A DNA stretch of 64,000 nt from Octopus vulgaris (GCA_951406725.2 OX597818.1:65906001-65970000), one strand, 5' to 3'; positions 27,921-41,062 are shown, numbered from the stretch's first letter. Made by a program: numbers and translations. The notes: generated from the letters alone by a model not told the origin.

Positions 27921-28175
27921 AGGTTTCCAGTTGATCCGATCAATGGAACAGCCTGCTCGTGAAATTCAAGTGCAAGTGGCTGAGGAATCCACAGACACGT
28001 GTATTCTTAACGTAGTTCTGAGGAAGATTCAGTGTTAAAGTGAATCTGAGATAGCTTGCCCTTTGAAACACAGGTGCTGTTCTTTTTACTCAAGGACACA
28101 AGGCGTCGCCGGGAATTGAACTCACGACTTAGGATCGGCTGTCGAAAACCTTATCCATTAAACCACACGCCTTCA
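27921..28175 (-). mobile_element. tRNA-derived SINE, third family (CORE-like)
   Basis: Minus strand GAAGGCGTGTGGTTTAATGGATAAGG (A box)..GAGTTCAATTCCC (B box)..TGTGTCCTTGAG. Confidence 0.7.
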
Positions 28176-28199
28176 CACACATACACACAGACATAATTA

Positions 28200-28668
28200 T
28201 GCTTTCTAATCTAGGCACAAGGTCCGAAATTTTGGGGGAAGGGGCCAGTCCATTACATCGACCCAGTACGTAACTGGTACTTATTGACCCAAAATGTGTT
28301 ATTGGCAGAGTCGACCTCGGCGGAATTTGAACAATGCAGACGAAATACCTATTTCTTTACTACCCACAAGGGACAGACAAACTGATTAAGTCGATTACAT
28401 CGACCGCAGGGCAGTGCATAACTGGTACTTAATTTATCGACCCCGAAACGATGAAAGGCAAAGTCGACCACGATGGAATTTGAACTCAGAACGTTGCGGC
28501 AGACGAAATACCGGTAAGCGTTTCGCCCGGCGTGCTAACGTTTCTGCCAGCTCATCGCCTTAAGATGAAATGCAAAGTCGACTTCGGCGGAATTTGAACT
28601 CAGAACGTAACGGCAGACGAAATACGGCTAAGCTTTTCGCCCGGCGTGCTAACGCTTCTGCCAGCCTT
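28200..28668 (-). mobile_element. SINE family A multimer plus an extra head fragment
   Basis: Core repeats with two heads ending near 28560 and 28666. Confidence 0.85.
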
Positions 28669-29268
28669 AAACACATAATAATCGATTAAGTAAACAGATG
28701 ACGGCTTTGATGTAACCCTTTATTTTGTGCGCTGATAGTTTCGACCACCTTGCGACTGTCCCTTATAGGTGGGATGCTGGGCAGTGTGGGTCACATCCAA
28801 TACATTCATGCATTAAGGGGTGTCTAGCTAAAGATCTTGACTTTCCGCAGTCATGTTGTAATTTGCCCGCTTTATTTAAGTAATGGTCCGATTGTCATTA
28901 TCGTTAAATTGTTCACAAGAGTTAAAATAAAATAAAATTTTCATAGCAATTACAATATAGTAAAAACTACAAATTGTAGACAAGAAAGGAAGAAAAAACA
29001 AAATGAACCATTTTTATCAAGGGTAAGTAATTTTGATAGTATCAGGCGGTTGGTGGAATGTATGTTATGTTTCAAGCGAGTGAAAGATAGTTGGAAAATG
29101 AAATGAAGAATAAACACGGGCGAAATTGTGTGGGAGTTGAGTAATGGTATTAAAAGCCTGTCATCACAGTTACTTTAAGTTATAAATATGTTTAAGCAGG
29201 TGTTGTACAAATGTTGCTACGCGTGCGATATCAATAGTATAAAAGGTCGTCAGTTCATTCAACTTTTA

Positions 29269-29500
29269 CCTATTTCTTTATTACCCACAAGAGGCTAAGC
29301 ATAGAGGGGACAAACAAAAACGGACATAGGTATTAAGTCGATTACATCGACCCCAGTGCGTAACTGGTACTTAATTTATCTACTCCGAAAGGATGAAAGG
29401 CAAAGTCGACCTCGGCGGAATTTGAACTCACAACGTAACGCAGACGAAATACCGCTAAGCATTTCGCCCGGCGTGCTAACGTCTCTGCCAGCTCGCCGCC
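29269..29500 (-). mobile_element. SINE family A monomer with perfect 15-bp TSD
   Basis: TTCATTCAACTTTTA at 29254-29268 and 29501-29515. Confidence 0.93.
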
Positions 29501-30369
29501 TTCATTCAACTTTTATCGATGATCAGACACTCTCATTCGCATATATACCCACATGTTTATACAGCATCAGGCTTACATTCATACACACGCATCTACATGT
29601 TTGCACTCATGGACCCGTTAAACTAAACCTACACATACACGTCTTCGCGTACCCTTTCCTGTGTCTCTATACACACATTCACACCAACGCACACGCGTGC
29701 TTCCATCAACCTCAATATTTACATATCTAAATCTTTATACCCTTTCTACCTCGTTAATTATTGATGCAGAAACGTTTCCGTTAATATAATTTGTTGCCAT
29801 GCGGCAGCATTCAAAAGTAACATACATGAACACATTACGATATATAGACATATATACACAATTTACAAAAGTGCAATGAACATTTCCATGCTGTAGAGAT
29901 ACAATAATTTGGCAGATTTATATGATATGCCATGTAGCTCCAAGCAGACTTTCAAGCTATGTGCATATTGTTAGGTGTATTTAGAACCCAGGCATTCAGT
30001 GCAAAACGAAAACATGGGGAAATGCGAAAAAAGGAACAGAAAATGCAAAGATGATTGATGCATAAAGGGGAACGAACAGAAAGAAAAAAAAATTACGAAA
30101 ACCAATATCTTCCTGCTCCTTTTCCGTAGAATTAGGAATGTATCTATGTGGTGTAGAATATGACAACAGAAACGAGGTTACATTCTATGTGTATTAAACG
30201 AAATTTATCGCTCACTAGATGGCGTACGTTTTGTGTTTATTCTACCTATGACGGAGCATTAAATTACACACAAAGAAATTCACAAACACAGGCACACATA
30301 CACACACATATACATACACACATTTATAAACATAAAAGTTAAATTTACATACAAATGGTCAGATATATA

Positions 30370-30897
30370 TTAGGTTGGCAACTAAGTTACCGCGGTTTTT
30401 TTTTTTTCAATTTAAACTTTTTAAACGGGTTAATAAAAATTAACAACTAATTAATCAATAATGTATTCACCCTTGTTGTTTACAACTTATTCCCAACGTT
30501 CATCAAGATTTTCAATACCTTGTTGGTAGACATCACACGATTTCGACTCGAAAAATTGATCCAACCAAGCTGTAAAATCTGCATCAGTGTGAACGAAGCA
30601 CCGCACATAGCATTTGAAAGTGTTCGAAGGAGGTGGGAATCCGTTGGTGCCAAATCAGGAGAGTACGGCGGGTGTGGCAGCACTTCCCAGCCATGCGTTT
30701 GAATGGCTCCTTTGGTCATATTGGCGATATGAGGGCGGGCGTTTTCGTGTAGCAGAAGAACTCCATGCTGACGATTAGGTCTTTTCTCTTGAATAGCCGT
30801 GTTGAGTCGTTCCATCTGTTGAACATAGAGTTCAAGGTTGAACATTTGTTCCGTTCAAGCAATTCGTAATCCCAGTCCCACCGTATGCACAATATCG
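30370..30897 (-). mobile_element. Mariner (DD34D-type) transposon, 3' part
   Basis: TA|TTAGGTTGGCAAC TIR. Minus ORF LLLHENARPH..WEVLPHPPYSPDLAPTD, with the catalytic D of HDNA replaced by E. Confidence 0.9.
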
Positions 30898-30899
30898 AT

Positions 30900-31655
30900 C
30901 ACGGCAGCTGCTGTGATGGCCCAACTCTCCAAACGGGCATGGGACAACAATAAGCTGACCGAGACCACAAAAAGGAAGATTTACCAGGCATGTGTACTTA
31001 GCACTCTACTGTATGGAAGTGAGACTTGGATGCCATACACACGCCAAGAGCGTCGCCTAAATATCTCTCACCTGCGCTGCCTCTGGAAAATCCTTCGCAT
31101 CAAATGGCAGAATCATGTCCCCAACAAAGATGTCCTCAAGCAAGCAGGAATACCAAGTATGTTTGCACTCACGCAAAGACGTATGAGATGGCTGGGACAT
31201 GTTAGCCGTATGTAAGATGGCAGAATCCCCAAGAACATACTCTACGGAGAGCTTGCTAGGAGCACTAGGTCTGTGGGAAGACTGTTCTTACGATACAAGG
31301 ATGTTTGCAAAAGGGACATGAATGCCTGCAACATGAATATTACCGACTGGGAAGCAGTTGCCAGCAACCGTGGAGATTGGCGACGTACCGTAAAAGAGGG
31401 AACACAAAGGAGTGACATAGAGAGAGATGAGAAATGGAAAGACAAGAAAAGGCATCAACAAGAAACTATGACATTACAACCAGCCCGGAAAGGTCTTCGC
31501 TACATTTGCAGCACCTGCCAGAGGGAGTGTTTGTCCAGGGTAGGACTACACAGCCACAGCATGAAATTTATTAGGACATGAAATGTAAAAGCCGGACTAG
31601 ATTATTTTATGCGCAACTCCATTGTCTCCCGAGATAAAAAGGATGCCAACAACAA
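30900..31655 (+). mobile_element. RTE-clade LINE, 5'-truncated 3' end
   Basis: LSTLLYGSETW, RMRWLGHVSRM*DGRIPKNILYGEL, C-terminal CSTC..GLHSH, short (CAA)n tail. One in-frame stop. Confidence 0.9.
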
Positions 31656-31734
31656 TATGACATTAATAATAATTTGTGTTATTAGCCTAACTTGTTGAAA
31701 CAGAGGGAGGGAGAGAAGACTATTTTATTAACAA

Positions 31735-32107
31735 CTAGCAGTATCGCCCTGCGTTGCTCGGGTTTGTAAGGGAAATAACTATATAAGCATTTTTAGAAAT
31801 TATAGCCAAAAAATAACAAAAAATGCATTAAAAATGGAAAAAAAATGATGGTAATTTTTTTTAAAAATCGATGACTCATAGTAGACATTTTTAGAGAGTT
31901 ACTTCCCTTATATAATAGCGAAAAAATTCATCAAAATGGAAAAAAATGATGGTAATTTTTTTTTTTAAATCGTAGACTCATCGTAGACGCGCGCTAATAT
32001 CCAGAAGGATATGAATCACGACTATAAGATACCCGGTTTTGGTTACACTGCACCGCAAAATGTGGGAGTAGTTAGGAATCACACAACTTCACTTTTATAT
32101 ATAAAGA
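31735..32107 (-). mobile_element. Non-autonomous Helitron
   Basis: Minus strand A|TCTTTATATATAAAAG...CCCGAGCAACGCAGGG hairpin..CTAG|T, inserted at an AT site. ~100-bp internal tandem duplication. Confidence 0.85.
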
Positions 32108-33209
32108 TATGATTCCACAAATAAGTATTCGCATGAGGTTATATTTAAGGGTAAATATGTGATATTTTAGCATTTATTGTTGTTTTAACGAATTTATATC
32201 GGAACTTCATCAGAATGAGTCTGCTCATTATTCTTCTATGAACAAATATTTAAACGCTGAAACGAGATATCTAAACATTAGGACTTAATTCCGAATAAAA
32301 TAACTTATATATTTCCTTTACAATTTCATTGAAAGTCGCTTAAATATTGAAGTTACGTTAATGCTTTTTTTTTTGTTTTTCTTAACGAGACAATTTATGT
32401 ATAGGAAAAAGTTTTAAAAATATTCTCCTTTAATTGCTGGATGTTTTTAGAATCTGTTCGCAAAATGTCAAATATAATTAATCTAAAATGACTTCTTTAG
32501 CTTTGATTTGCCATTTTCCTTCTGTGAATTTGTATATTTATGGGTCGTTTTTTTTTTTTCATATTATATTCTCTTTTTAGTTTGGTTTTTTTCCCGAACA
32601 AGATTATCCTGTAATTTGATTCTCTTCCACATACAGTCTGACGAGAACAACCTCTAGACTCAGCTAAACATAACCTCATTTAAGAAAACATACAATCCAA
32701 TTGATTTTAATGAATTGAATTAGAAGCAATATTTTCTTTAATAAACATCCATAATAACATTACGTTTTAAAAAAAAATCCACTTAACAGGCGTTCATTTT
32801 ATACTTTGACATTAACAATCAACACAAGAATTTAAATACACATGAAGTAAAAGTCAAAGTTACAGAAATTAAAGAAGAGTATTAAGAAATATTCACAAAT
32901 GAGTTTATTGAAAAATATCGAGTTAGATATTTCATTAAAGAGCTAAATATTTTTGTAGCTAAATTCCCATTAGTTCTTCCGTAGACGAGTTTGTTTTGCT
33001 TGGGTGAGATGTTTGCTTACAAAAATAAAAAAAATGATGTTTACAATTGATTTAGACGACGAAGGAAATACAATTATAAACATTTACTTTAGATTATTCT
33101 AATTTCACAAAAGAGCAATCAATATACTGACTTTAACAGGGATCAAGACAAATCAAGACACACACACACACACACTGTATCGTACATACACACACGCTCG
33201 CACCCTCAC

Positions 33210-33530
33210 ATCTATCTGTCTATGCATCAATCTATCTATCTAGCTATCTATCTACCTACATACCTACCTATCTGTCTACCTACCTACCTGCCTACTTACT
33301 TACCTACCTACCTACCTACCTACCTACCTACCTATCTATCTGTCTATCTACCTACCTGTCTACATACTTACCTACCTACGTACCTACCTACCTACCTACC
33401 TATATATCTATCTATCTATCTATTTACCTACCTAACTACCTACTTACCTACCTACCTACCTACCTACCTACCTACCTATATACCGACCTATCTATCTACC
33501 TATCTATCTCTCTATCATCAATCTATCTGT
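33210..33530. repeat. (TACC)n/(TATC)n tetranucleotide microsatellite
   Basis: Seen directly. Confidence 0.95.
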
Positions 33531-34102
33531 TTTTACTTTTCCTCCCCTTCCAAATAGCACTTAACCGTGGTTGGGATTTTGACTGTTCCTTCTAGCATGT
33601 AAGGCGTTCTGTTAAGAGTCACCTCTTTTGTGTATAAATATACACTAATTCTATTTCAAAAATATGTTGTCTATTTGACTATTTTATGCATGCTAAGCCA
33701 CTGGTAGAAAATTTTTCTTTTACACTATATTTTCTCAATATAAGTTTTAGCAATTTTGAAGAAAGTCGGCATATAAAGATTTTATTTGCTGCTAACGATA
33801 ACTGGGCTTGCGCGGTGGATTTGAAAATTTCTAACGTACAAAGATGGTACGTGTGCTCTCTACTTGTCCCATAATTATATGTTATATAGCGGCCCTTGCT
33901 GACGATGGACACAGATAAACAGATTATGTTATTTGTTCATTAATATTTGAAACCTAAGTACAAATGGTAACTATTGATTTTTTTTTTACTTTTCCACCCC
34001 TTCGAAACTGCTCTTAACCCGGTTTGGATTTTGAATGTACCTTCTAGCATGTAAGGTGTCCTGTTAAGTGTCACCTCTTTTGTATATAAATGTACACTAA
34101 TT
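33531..34102 (-). mobile_element. Penelope-like element 3' fragment (GIY-YIG C-terminus) between ~120-bp direct repeats
   Basis: Direct repeats 33531-33650 and 33984-34102. Minus ORF SIVSK..YNYGT..HLCTLE..FICRLSSKLL resembles the PLE pattern WSI..Y..G...CxLCxxE..CRH..KFLL. Confidence 0.55.
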
Positions 34103-34369
34103 TTGTATGTATGTATCTATCTATATCTATATATATATTTATACACACACATACAAACATATATTTACGTATACATGTTTACAGACACACATGTATATAT
34201 TTATATGTGTCTATTTTTGTCGTTTGTGTTTATATACTATATATTCTTCTATGCATTGTATGTATATATGTAAATTTATATACACACACATACATATAAA
34301 GTCGAGAGTGCGTGTGTATGTGTATGAGTGTGTGTTTGAGTGAATGTGTGTGAACGTGTATGAGAGTGA

Positions 34370-35080
34370 GAGGAAAGGCCTTGCGTGTGTAATCGTAGAT
34401 GTAACGGGACCAAAGCCACCGACGTGCTGTGATTTAAACGAGACGCAAAGAACTTCAAATGATTCCACTTCCTCTATATAATTCATCTAAAAAAATGGTA
34501 AAGTTCTGACTGAAACACTTAGACGAGAACAAATCTCGTATTTCAGCGGTTTTACATCTGTCACAGATTCAATGTTTCGATATCCGTGAAATAAAGGATA
34601 ACTACCCAGATTGAAAAGATACAAGGCGATTCTTTGCATATGCTACATTACCTTCCTGGTTTTTTTTTTTTACTTCAGATAATTTACATATTGTGCGCGT
34701 TTGTGTTTGTAGAGGCAGTTATATGAAGCTTCTCTTGACAGAAGTCAAACCATTGCTGTAGAGGATTCCTACAGAATGTCCATATGTGTGGCAACATGAT
34801 TCAGTTCGTTGCCATACCCGACGACGTGTAAGAAATGGTTGTGTGAGAATTTCTGCGACTTCACCAGCCGAAGTCTATGGCTTCCTAATTCCTGCGATTT
34901 TAAACACATAGATCACTGTGTACGGAGGTATTTTCAGAAAGACCAGGCGTCCAACCCGCAACACGAAGCCTGAGCCGCTGGCGAGAGAATTCTTCGACGG
35001 TCTTCCCACGAACATAGGGAAGAGCACGTGTGACAAATTTCCGAAACGTCATGGGGACGGAGTGAAAATATAGGCGTGAC
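34370..35080 (+). pseudogene. Tc1/mariner DD37D (maT-like) transposase remnant
   Basis: PYVWQHDSVRCHT, then frameshifted KKWLCENFCDFTSRSLWLPNSCDFKHID (cf. QQDSAPCH..WPPNSPDCNPMD). Confidence 0.75.
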
Positions 35081-35393
35081 TGTATGCGTGTGCGTGTGAG
35101 AGTGTGTATGTGTGCATGTATATGTGTGTGTGCATGTATTAAGTGTTTGTATGTGATTGTTTGCATGCATGTTTGTATAAGAGTGTTGAGAACGCTTGAC
35201 GTCGCAATGTATATATCTAATAAATAAATGCAGAAGCACTTCTGTAAACCTGTAAAGTACTAAATTACCATTCACTGTTGAATGAATTAAGTAATGTATA
35301 ACCACTGACCATACAGTTCTATATTTAAGAGATGAGGAATTATGTACATTATTTACATTTGACGGATATTTGTCCTCATCTTGCTTATTGTTA

Positions 35394-35437
35394 GCACAAC
35401 GTTTCTGCTGATATACCCTCCAGCCTTCATCAGGTGT
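35394..35437 (-). ncRNA. Minimal hammerhead ribozyme motif (family A, left arm)
   Basis: ACAC-CTGATGA-A-GGCTG-gagggtatat-CAGCA-GAAA-C-GTT-GTGC. Core intact; one mismatch each in stems I and II. Confidence 0.7.
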
Positions 35438-35548
35438 ATTGGGGAAATTTCGAACATGGTTTCTCATTCCTAAGGTATTTTTCGATGATATTATTATTGT
35501 TATCTTGCTAAACCCCAAGATTCCAAGTTCGATTCCAAGCAGTGACCG

Positions 35549-35598
<50 letters not shown>

Positions 35599-35678
35599 CG
35601 GATGATGATGATGATGATGATAATTGTAACATCGAAAAATACCTTAGGAATGAGAACCCAGGTTCGAAGTTTCCTCAA

Positions 35679-35724
35679 GACACCTGATGAAACCTGGAGG
35701 GTGTATCAGCCGAAACGTTGTGTT
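35679..35724 (+). ncRNA. Minimal hammerhead ribozyme motif (family A, right arm)
   Basis: GACAC-CTGATGA-A-ACCTG-gagggtgtat-CAGCC-GAAA-C-GTT-GTGTT. Core and stem I intact; stem II weakened. Confidence 0.7.
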
Positions 35725-36723
35725 AACAACAAGCAATATGGGGACACATATTCGTCAAATGTAAATAATGTAAATAATGTCTTCTTTGTATGGTTTGCAG
35801 CTGGTTTGTTAGTTACCTCACCAAAGGAATATTGTACGGGTAAAGAAGCCCATCTATGCTTAATCTTACTTTTGTTCGAAATAAAATTTTTAAACATTTC
35901 CAATATACATATAAGTTTCTTTCTTTTTATAGAAGGTAGCTCTATTTCTAACTGACTCTTCAGATTTTAGCATAAATATCTTCATGTGTTTTCTGCTCCC
36001 TACAGTGAAAAGCAATTTTTTTAATTTTCATTATTAATTGCTGAATTATATCTAAAGAAAATTAAAATTACTTTCAGGCTCCAGGAAATAATAAATAAGC
36101 GAGAAGCGTGAGATAGGATTGCAGAGCTCTATAAATGTATATCTGTGGAAATTAATTAAAATTATATGAAATACAAATTAAAACGAAGAATATAAGAAAA
36201 CTGTATAACGATTGAAAATACTTTTGTTTTAGAATGCCCTATAGAATTCACAATTTCATGAATAATGATATATTGGGAAAAATACTTGAAAAAAAAAAAT
36301 GAACATCATTATCGTCGTCGTCAACGTCGTCATCATCATTATCATCATCGTCATACGTTATCTGAAAACCGCTATATCATATATGCTTGAAATGATTGGA
36401 ATATGAAATGCAATAAAAAGGAAGTATATATGATATATAAATTATTTTGAGAAAAAAACCAAAGGCATGTCATTTCCATATTTCAAATTTATACGCATAT
36501 TAATGATAATAAAGGCCTGATCTCACACCCACAAAAAAAAAAAAAAAGATTTATATCAACTTCAAAATCTATAACATTATATATGATATCGCATTCCTAT
36601 TGCAAAGCTGCAAAGTAATTAACATATTTCTTGGAGAAATGAATGACTGTTGGTATGCTAAAGTACAAAATATTGGAATCTTGCAAATCAGCTTAATTTA
36701 TTTTGTAATACACTCCATGCACA

Positions 36724-36827
<104 letters not shown>

Positions 36828-36914
36828 GACACACAATCATTGATAAAAGTATGCAGTAATGTATAGTGCTATATCTATAAACATATACACAAGCACAGAT
36901 ATACTTTTATTAAT

Positions 36915-37105
36915 CAACTTGTTCCAGTCACCAGATTGCGGCCATGTTAGGGCATCACCCTGAAGTATTTTGGTCGAATGAATCGCCTCAGCACTTATTT
37001 CTGTAAAGATTGTTACTTATTCCAACGGTAACTTTTGCCAAACCACTAAGTTACAACAGCGTAAGCCTGATTCAATTTTCAAGAGGCAGTACGGGACAAA
37101 AACAG
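36915..37105 (-). mobile_element. Degenerate SINE-B 3' half
   Basis: ACTTGTTCCAGTCA..GCGGCCATG..TTTTGCCAAACCACTAAGTTAC. A similar remnant lies at 8550-8700. Confidence 0.55.
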
Positions 37106-37299
37106 AAGCTAAGTCGTGTACCACGTACATATATATAGGTTATTAATTATTGTGTCCCTAATTGTGTAACGGCTGCGTTAGTTGATATATTGAGTCACAG
37201 CAGAGACAATTCAAAAATATTCTAACAACCGGTGTAAACAAATATGGAGGTGAAAAGGAACTAGATATAAAATAAATAACTTTGTATATATATATACAT

Positions 37300-37391
<92 letters not shown>

Positions 37392-37398
37392 CACAGAT

Positions 37399-37561
37399 AG
37401 GCGCAGGAGTGGCTGTGTGGTAAGTAACCTGCTTACCAACCACACGGTTCCGGGTTCAGTTCCACTGCGTGGCACCTTGGGAAAGTGTCTTCTACTATAG
37501 CCTCGGGCCGACCAAAGCCATGTGAGTGGATTTGGTAGACAGAAACTGAAAGAAGCCTGTC

Positions 37562-37635
<74 letters not shown>

Positions 37636-37636
37636 G

Positions 37637-37671
<35 letters not shown>

Positions 37672-37870
37672 CTGTGTTTGTCCCCCGAAATCGCTTGACA
37701 ACCGATGCTGGTATGTTTACGTCCCCGTTATTTAGCGGTTCGGCAAAAGAGACCGATAGAGTAAGTACTAGGTTTACAAAGAATAAGACCTGGGGTCAAT
37801 TTGCTCGACTAAAAGGCGGTGCTCCAGCATGGCCGCATTCAAATGACTGAAACAAGTAAAAAAAAAAGAG
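37399..37870 (+). mobile_element. SINE family B, full length
   Basis: Head, CORE-like segment, internal (TA)n(TG)n and 3' domain all present. Confidence 0.9.
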
Positions 37871-38462
37871 ACTTCTCATAATAATCTCTTGATTTAGCAA
37901 TACGAATCATAATATGCAGAGACCCAAGGAGCAGTGTAAAAGATCGAAACCACCCGAATGCAAGAATGTACCTTTTATTTCCACAGCCGACCTGGTGGAA
38001 ATTTCAATGTAATTCGCTACTGACATTTCGTGAAATTTGTAATGGCAAATTTTCTTCTTTCTCGAATTCATCATTAAAAATAAACTTGAAATAAAATATT
38101 TGCAAGGCAAAATTCCTTACTTTAACTTGCAAATGCAGCTTCTCTCTTTTCATTTCACACGAGTTTATTCAATACGTCAATGTTCAGTTTTTGCGACTGT
38201 TGATTCAGGCCTTTACCAGTTTGTTTGGAATCCGGAGTTTTGTCTTTTATTAGGGGCGTGTTTAGAATAGTTCTAAGCAAGGTATTTCTTTTTTACAGGA
38301 AATTCTCCACAATAAGAAATTACGTATGAAAGGGAAAGAAAAGCAACGTGAAAGAGACGAACAGAAATAATGAGTAACAATTAGGAACAGAATTTTCTAA
38401 TGTATGCAAAACTGGTTAAAGAGGGTGTTATAAGGAGGAGGAGACACAGATAAGACGGGAGA

Positions 38463-38517
<55 letters not shown>

Positions 38518-39061
38518 GTAGACAGACAGAAAAACGGAGAGATTTAATAAAGAAAGATAGGATCGATTAGAAAGAGAAAGGATGAAGAATGATTGGAACC
38601 GAATGCTGAAATGTAAGATAAAAGGGACACTCACGTGCGTCAGAGACAATGAAGTGGATTTGTGCAGAAGTGAAGAGGAAGTTTAATTCAACTGGTGAAT
38701 AGAAGAAAAAAGGGTGGATTGTAATGGAAGAGAAAACAAAATACTGCGCGTGCATTTGAGAATGAAGAGTAGAATAAGGAAAAGGATTGTGAGCAGTGTG
38801 GTGAGAAAGTAGAAAGACGATGGTAAGACGGAGGGGGAGGGAGAAATTTGCATGAGAGGTAAAGGCAGAAGTAGGCGATGACGCTTGGTGATATGAAGTG
38901 GAGTGAAAAAGAGGGAAAGAAAAGAAGGGGAGAGAAAGAAAGTGAAGAAGAGAAAACTATTCATATACAGGATAATATACATACACATACATTCATACAT
39001 GGGTATATATACATGCGTATATATACTTGCGTATACATGCGTATATACATGCGTATATATA

Positions 39062-39293
39062 TATTTCTTTATTGCCCACAAGAGGCTAAACATAGAGGGC
39101 ACAAACAAGGACAGACAAACGGATTAAATCGATTACGTCGACCCCAGTGCGTAACTGGTACTTAATTTATCGACCCCGAAATGATGAAAGGCAAAGTCGA
39201 CCTCGGCGGAATTTGGACTCAGAACGTAACGGCAGACGAAATACGGTTACGCATTTCGCCCGGCGTGTTAACGCTTCTGCCAGCTCGCCGCCT
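39062..39293 (-). mobile_element. SINE family A monomer with TSD
   Basis: Near-consensus, with TATACATGCGTATATATAT on both flanks. Confidence 0.9.
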
Positions 39294-39632
39294 TATACAT
39301 GCGTATATATATGCCAAAGAGAGTATATGGATAACCTAGGGTTTCCAGAAAAAAGAAATTGCTCAACTCGCGCATTGCAATTACAATCTCACAGAAGAAC
39401 TTTAAGAGAACGCAAAACTGTTCTCAATTTCTAAATGTGGAATTGTTTTCGTTATCTCCTTTACAGATTAGAGGAAGAAATTAAGTCCTTAAAACCAGAA
39501 TAGGACAAATGCATATGTGCGTATAAATTATTATCCATAATAATAAGACACACACACGCACACACACACAAACTCGCACGCAAAAATTCGTGTAATTTAG
39601 TTACCTAGGGATTTTTGCCCAGAAAATTGTGC

Positions 39633-39722
39633 TTATTTCGCCATTTTTCAAACTAGAAATATCAACGAAGCAATTCCCGTCCAACCATATTGACATTACC
39701 AGCTTCAAAAATGGCGAAATAA
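39633..39722. repeat. 33-bp-arm inverted repeat (MITE-like hairpin)
   Basis: TTATTTCGCCATTTTTCAAACTAGAAATATCAA vs TTGACATTACCAGCTTCAAAAATGGCGAAATAA, 24-nt spacer. Confidence 0.7.
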
Positions 39723-39922
39723 ATATAATATTCTGTTTAGCAAACGCTGGGTTGCAATTTTTCACCTGCTTTTTCTAGTGTGTGTGAGTGTGTTTTATAT
39801 TAATATTAATAGTATTTTTACTCTCTTAATTTATTTAATGTTTATTACTGAATAACAGAGAAAGACACGCGCACATACATTTATATGCTTTATATGTCTC
39901 TGTACAAATGTGTGTATATATT

Positions 39923-39968
<46 letters not shown>

Positions 39969-40389
39969 CACGTATATCTTTATTGGCTAAACTGGCAATA
40001 TGACCATTCCGAAATATAACAATATCTGTTTCAACACACGACTTCACATAAAAAATCTTGCACAACAAATATTTAAACGTATATATATATTTTCCCTTTT
40101 CTCTTTTTGTCTCTCTCCCCTTCTCCAAACACACAGACACACACACACACATACACACACACACACACACACACGCACACAAAAACACACAGAGACACAC
40201 AGAGACACACACACACACACACCTCCACAGAATGATCATAGAAAGTGTGACCCCAAATGACATTTGCCAGGCCAACCTATGCACAACACACACTCAGTGA
40301 CATTGAAATGGACAGCCAAAGTTCTTATAAAACCACAGGGGGTCCAGCAGACCAACGGAAATAACACTTCTTCACTCTCAGATATAAAT

Positions 40390-40467
<78 letters not shown>

Positions 40468-40707
40468 ACATATTTTCTCTCTGTCTCACTTCCTCCTCAC
40501 CCACTACTACGAAACTATGAAAAGGTTCAAACTACCCACAACTGATTTGATTTGAAAACCCACTAGAATGGGAGCAAGCGCTAATCCGAATGATATGATA
40601 TATATGTAAAAAATGTAATATATAAATAAATATCTACAAATATGAACCATCTGATCTGATTACCTCAATTTTTCTAATATATATATATATATATATACAT
40701 ATATATG

Positions 40708-40768
<61 letters not shown>

Positions 40769-40773
40769 GTATG

Positions 40774-40849
<76 letters not shown>

Positions 40850-41062
40850 TAGAGACAGACAGACAGATAGACGGACAGAAAGACACACATAGATAATAAT
40901 AATAATTTATTATTGTATGTTGTGTATATATACCAATAAGTACGGGAGAAAATTTGTTCTACAGTATTGGGTATTAAACAATTAACCAGTCAAAATTTGA
41001 TATGTTACATCTATGTAAGAGGATCTTCTTTCCTTGTACTGGTAATAAATATATATATATAT

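Larger units (their letters stand above)
35313..35780. mobile_element. Inverted pair of HHR-bearing ~150-180-bp units around (AAT)n (PLE pLTR-like)
   Basis: Left arm 35313-35487 is the reverse complement of right arm 35630-35780. Same unit at 51531-51967 and 62901-63083. Confidence 0.8.

Noticed and set aside
33965-34019. GGTAA-CTATTGA..CGAAACTGCTC-TTAACC as an HHR
   Set aside because: Two core mismatches, no stem II, and antisense to the PLE-like ORF.
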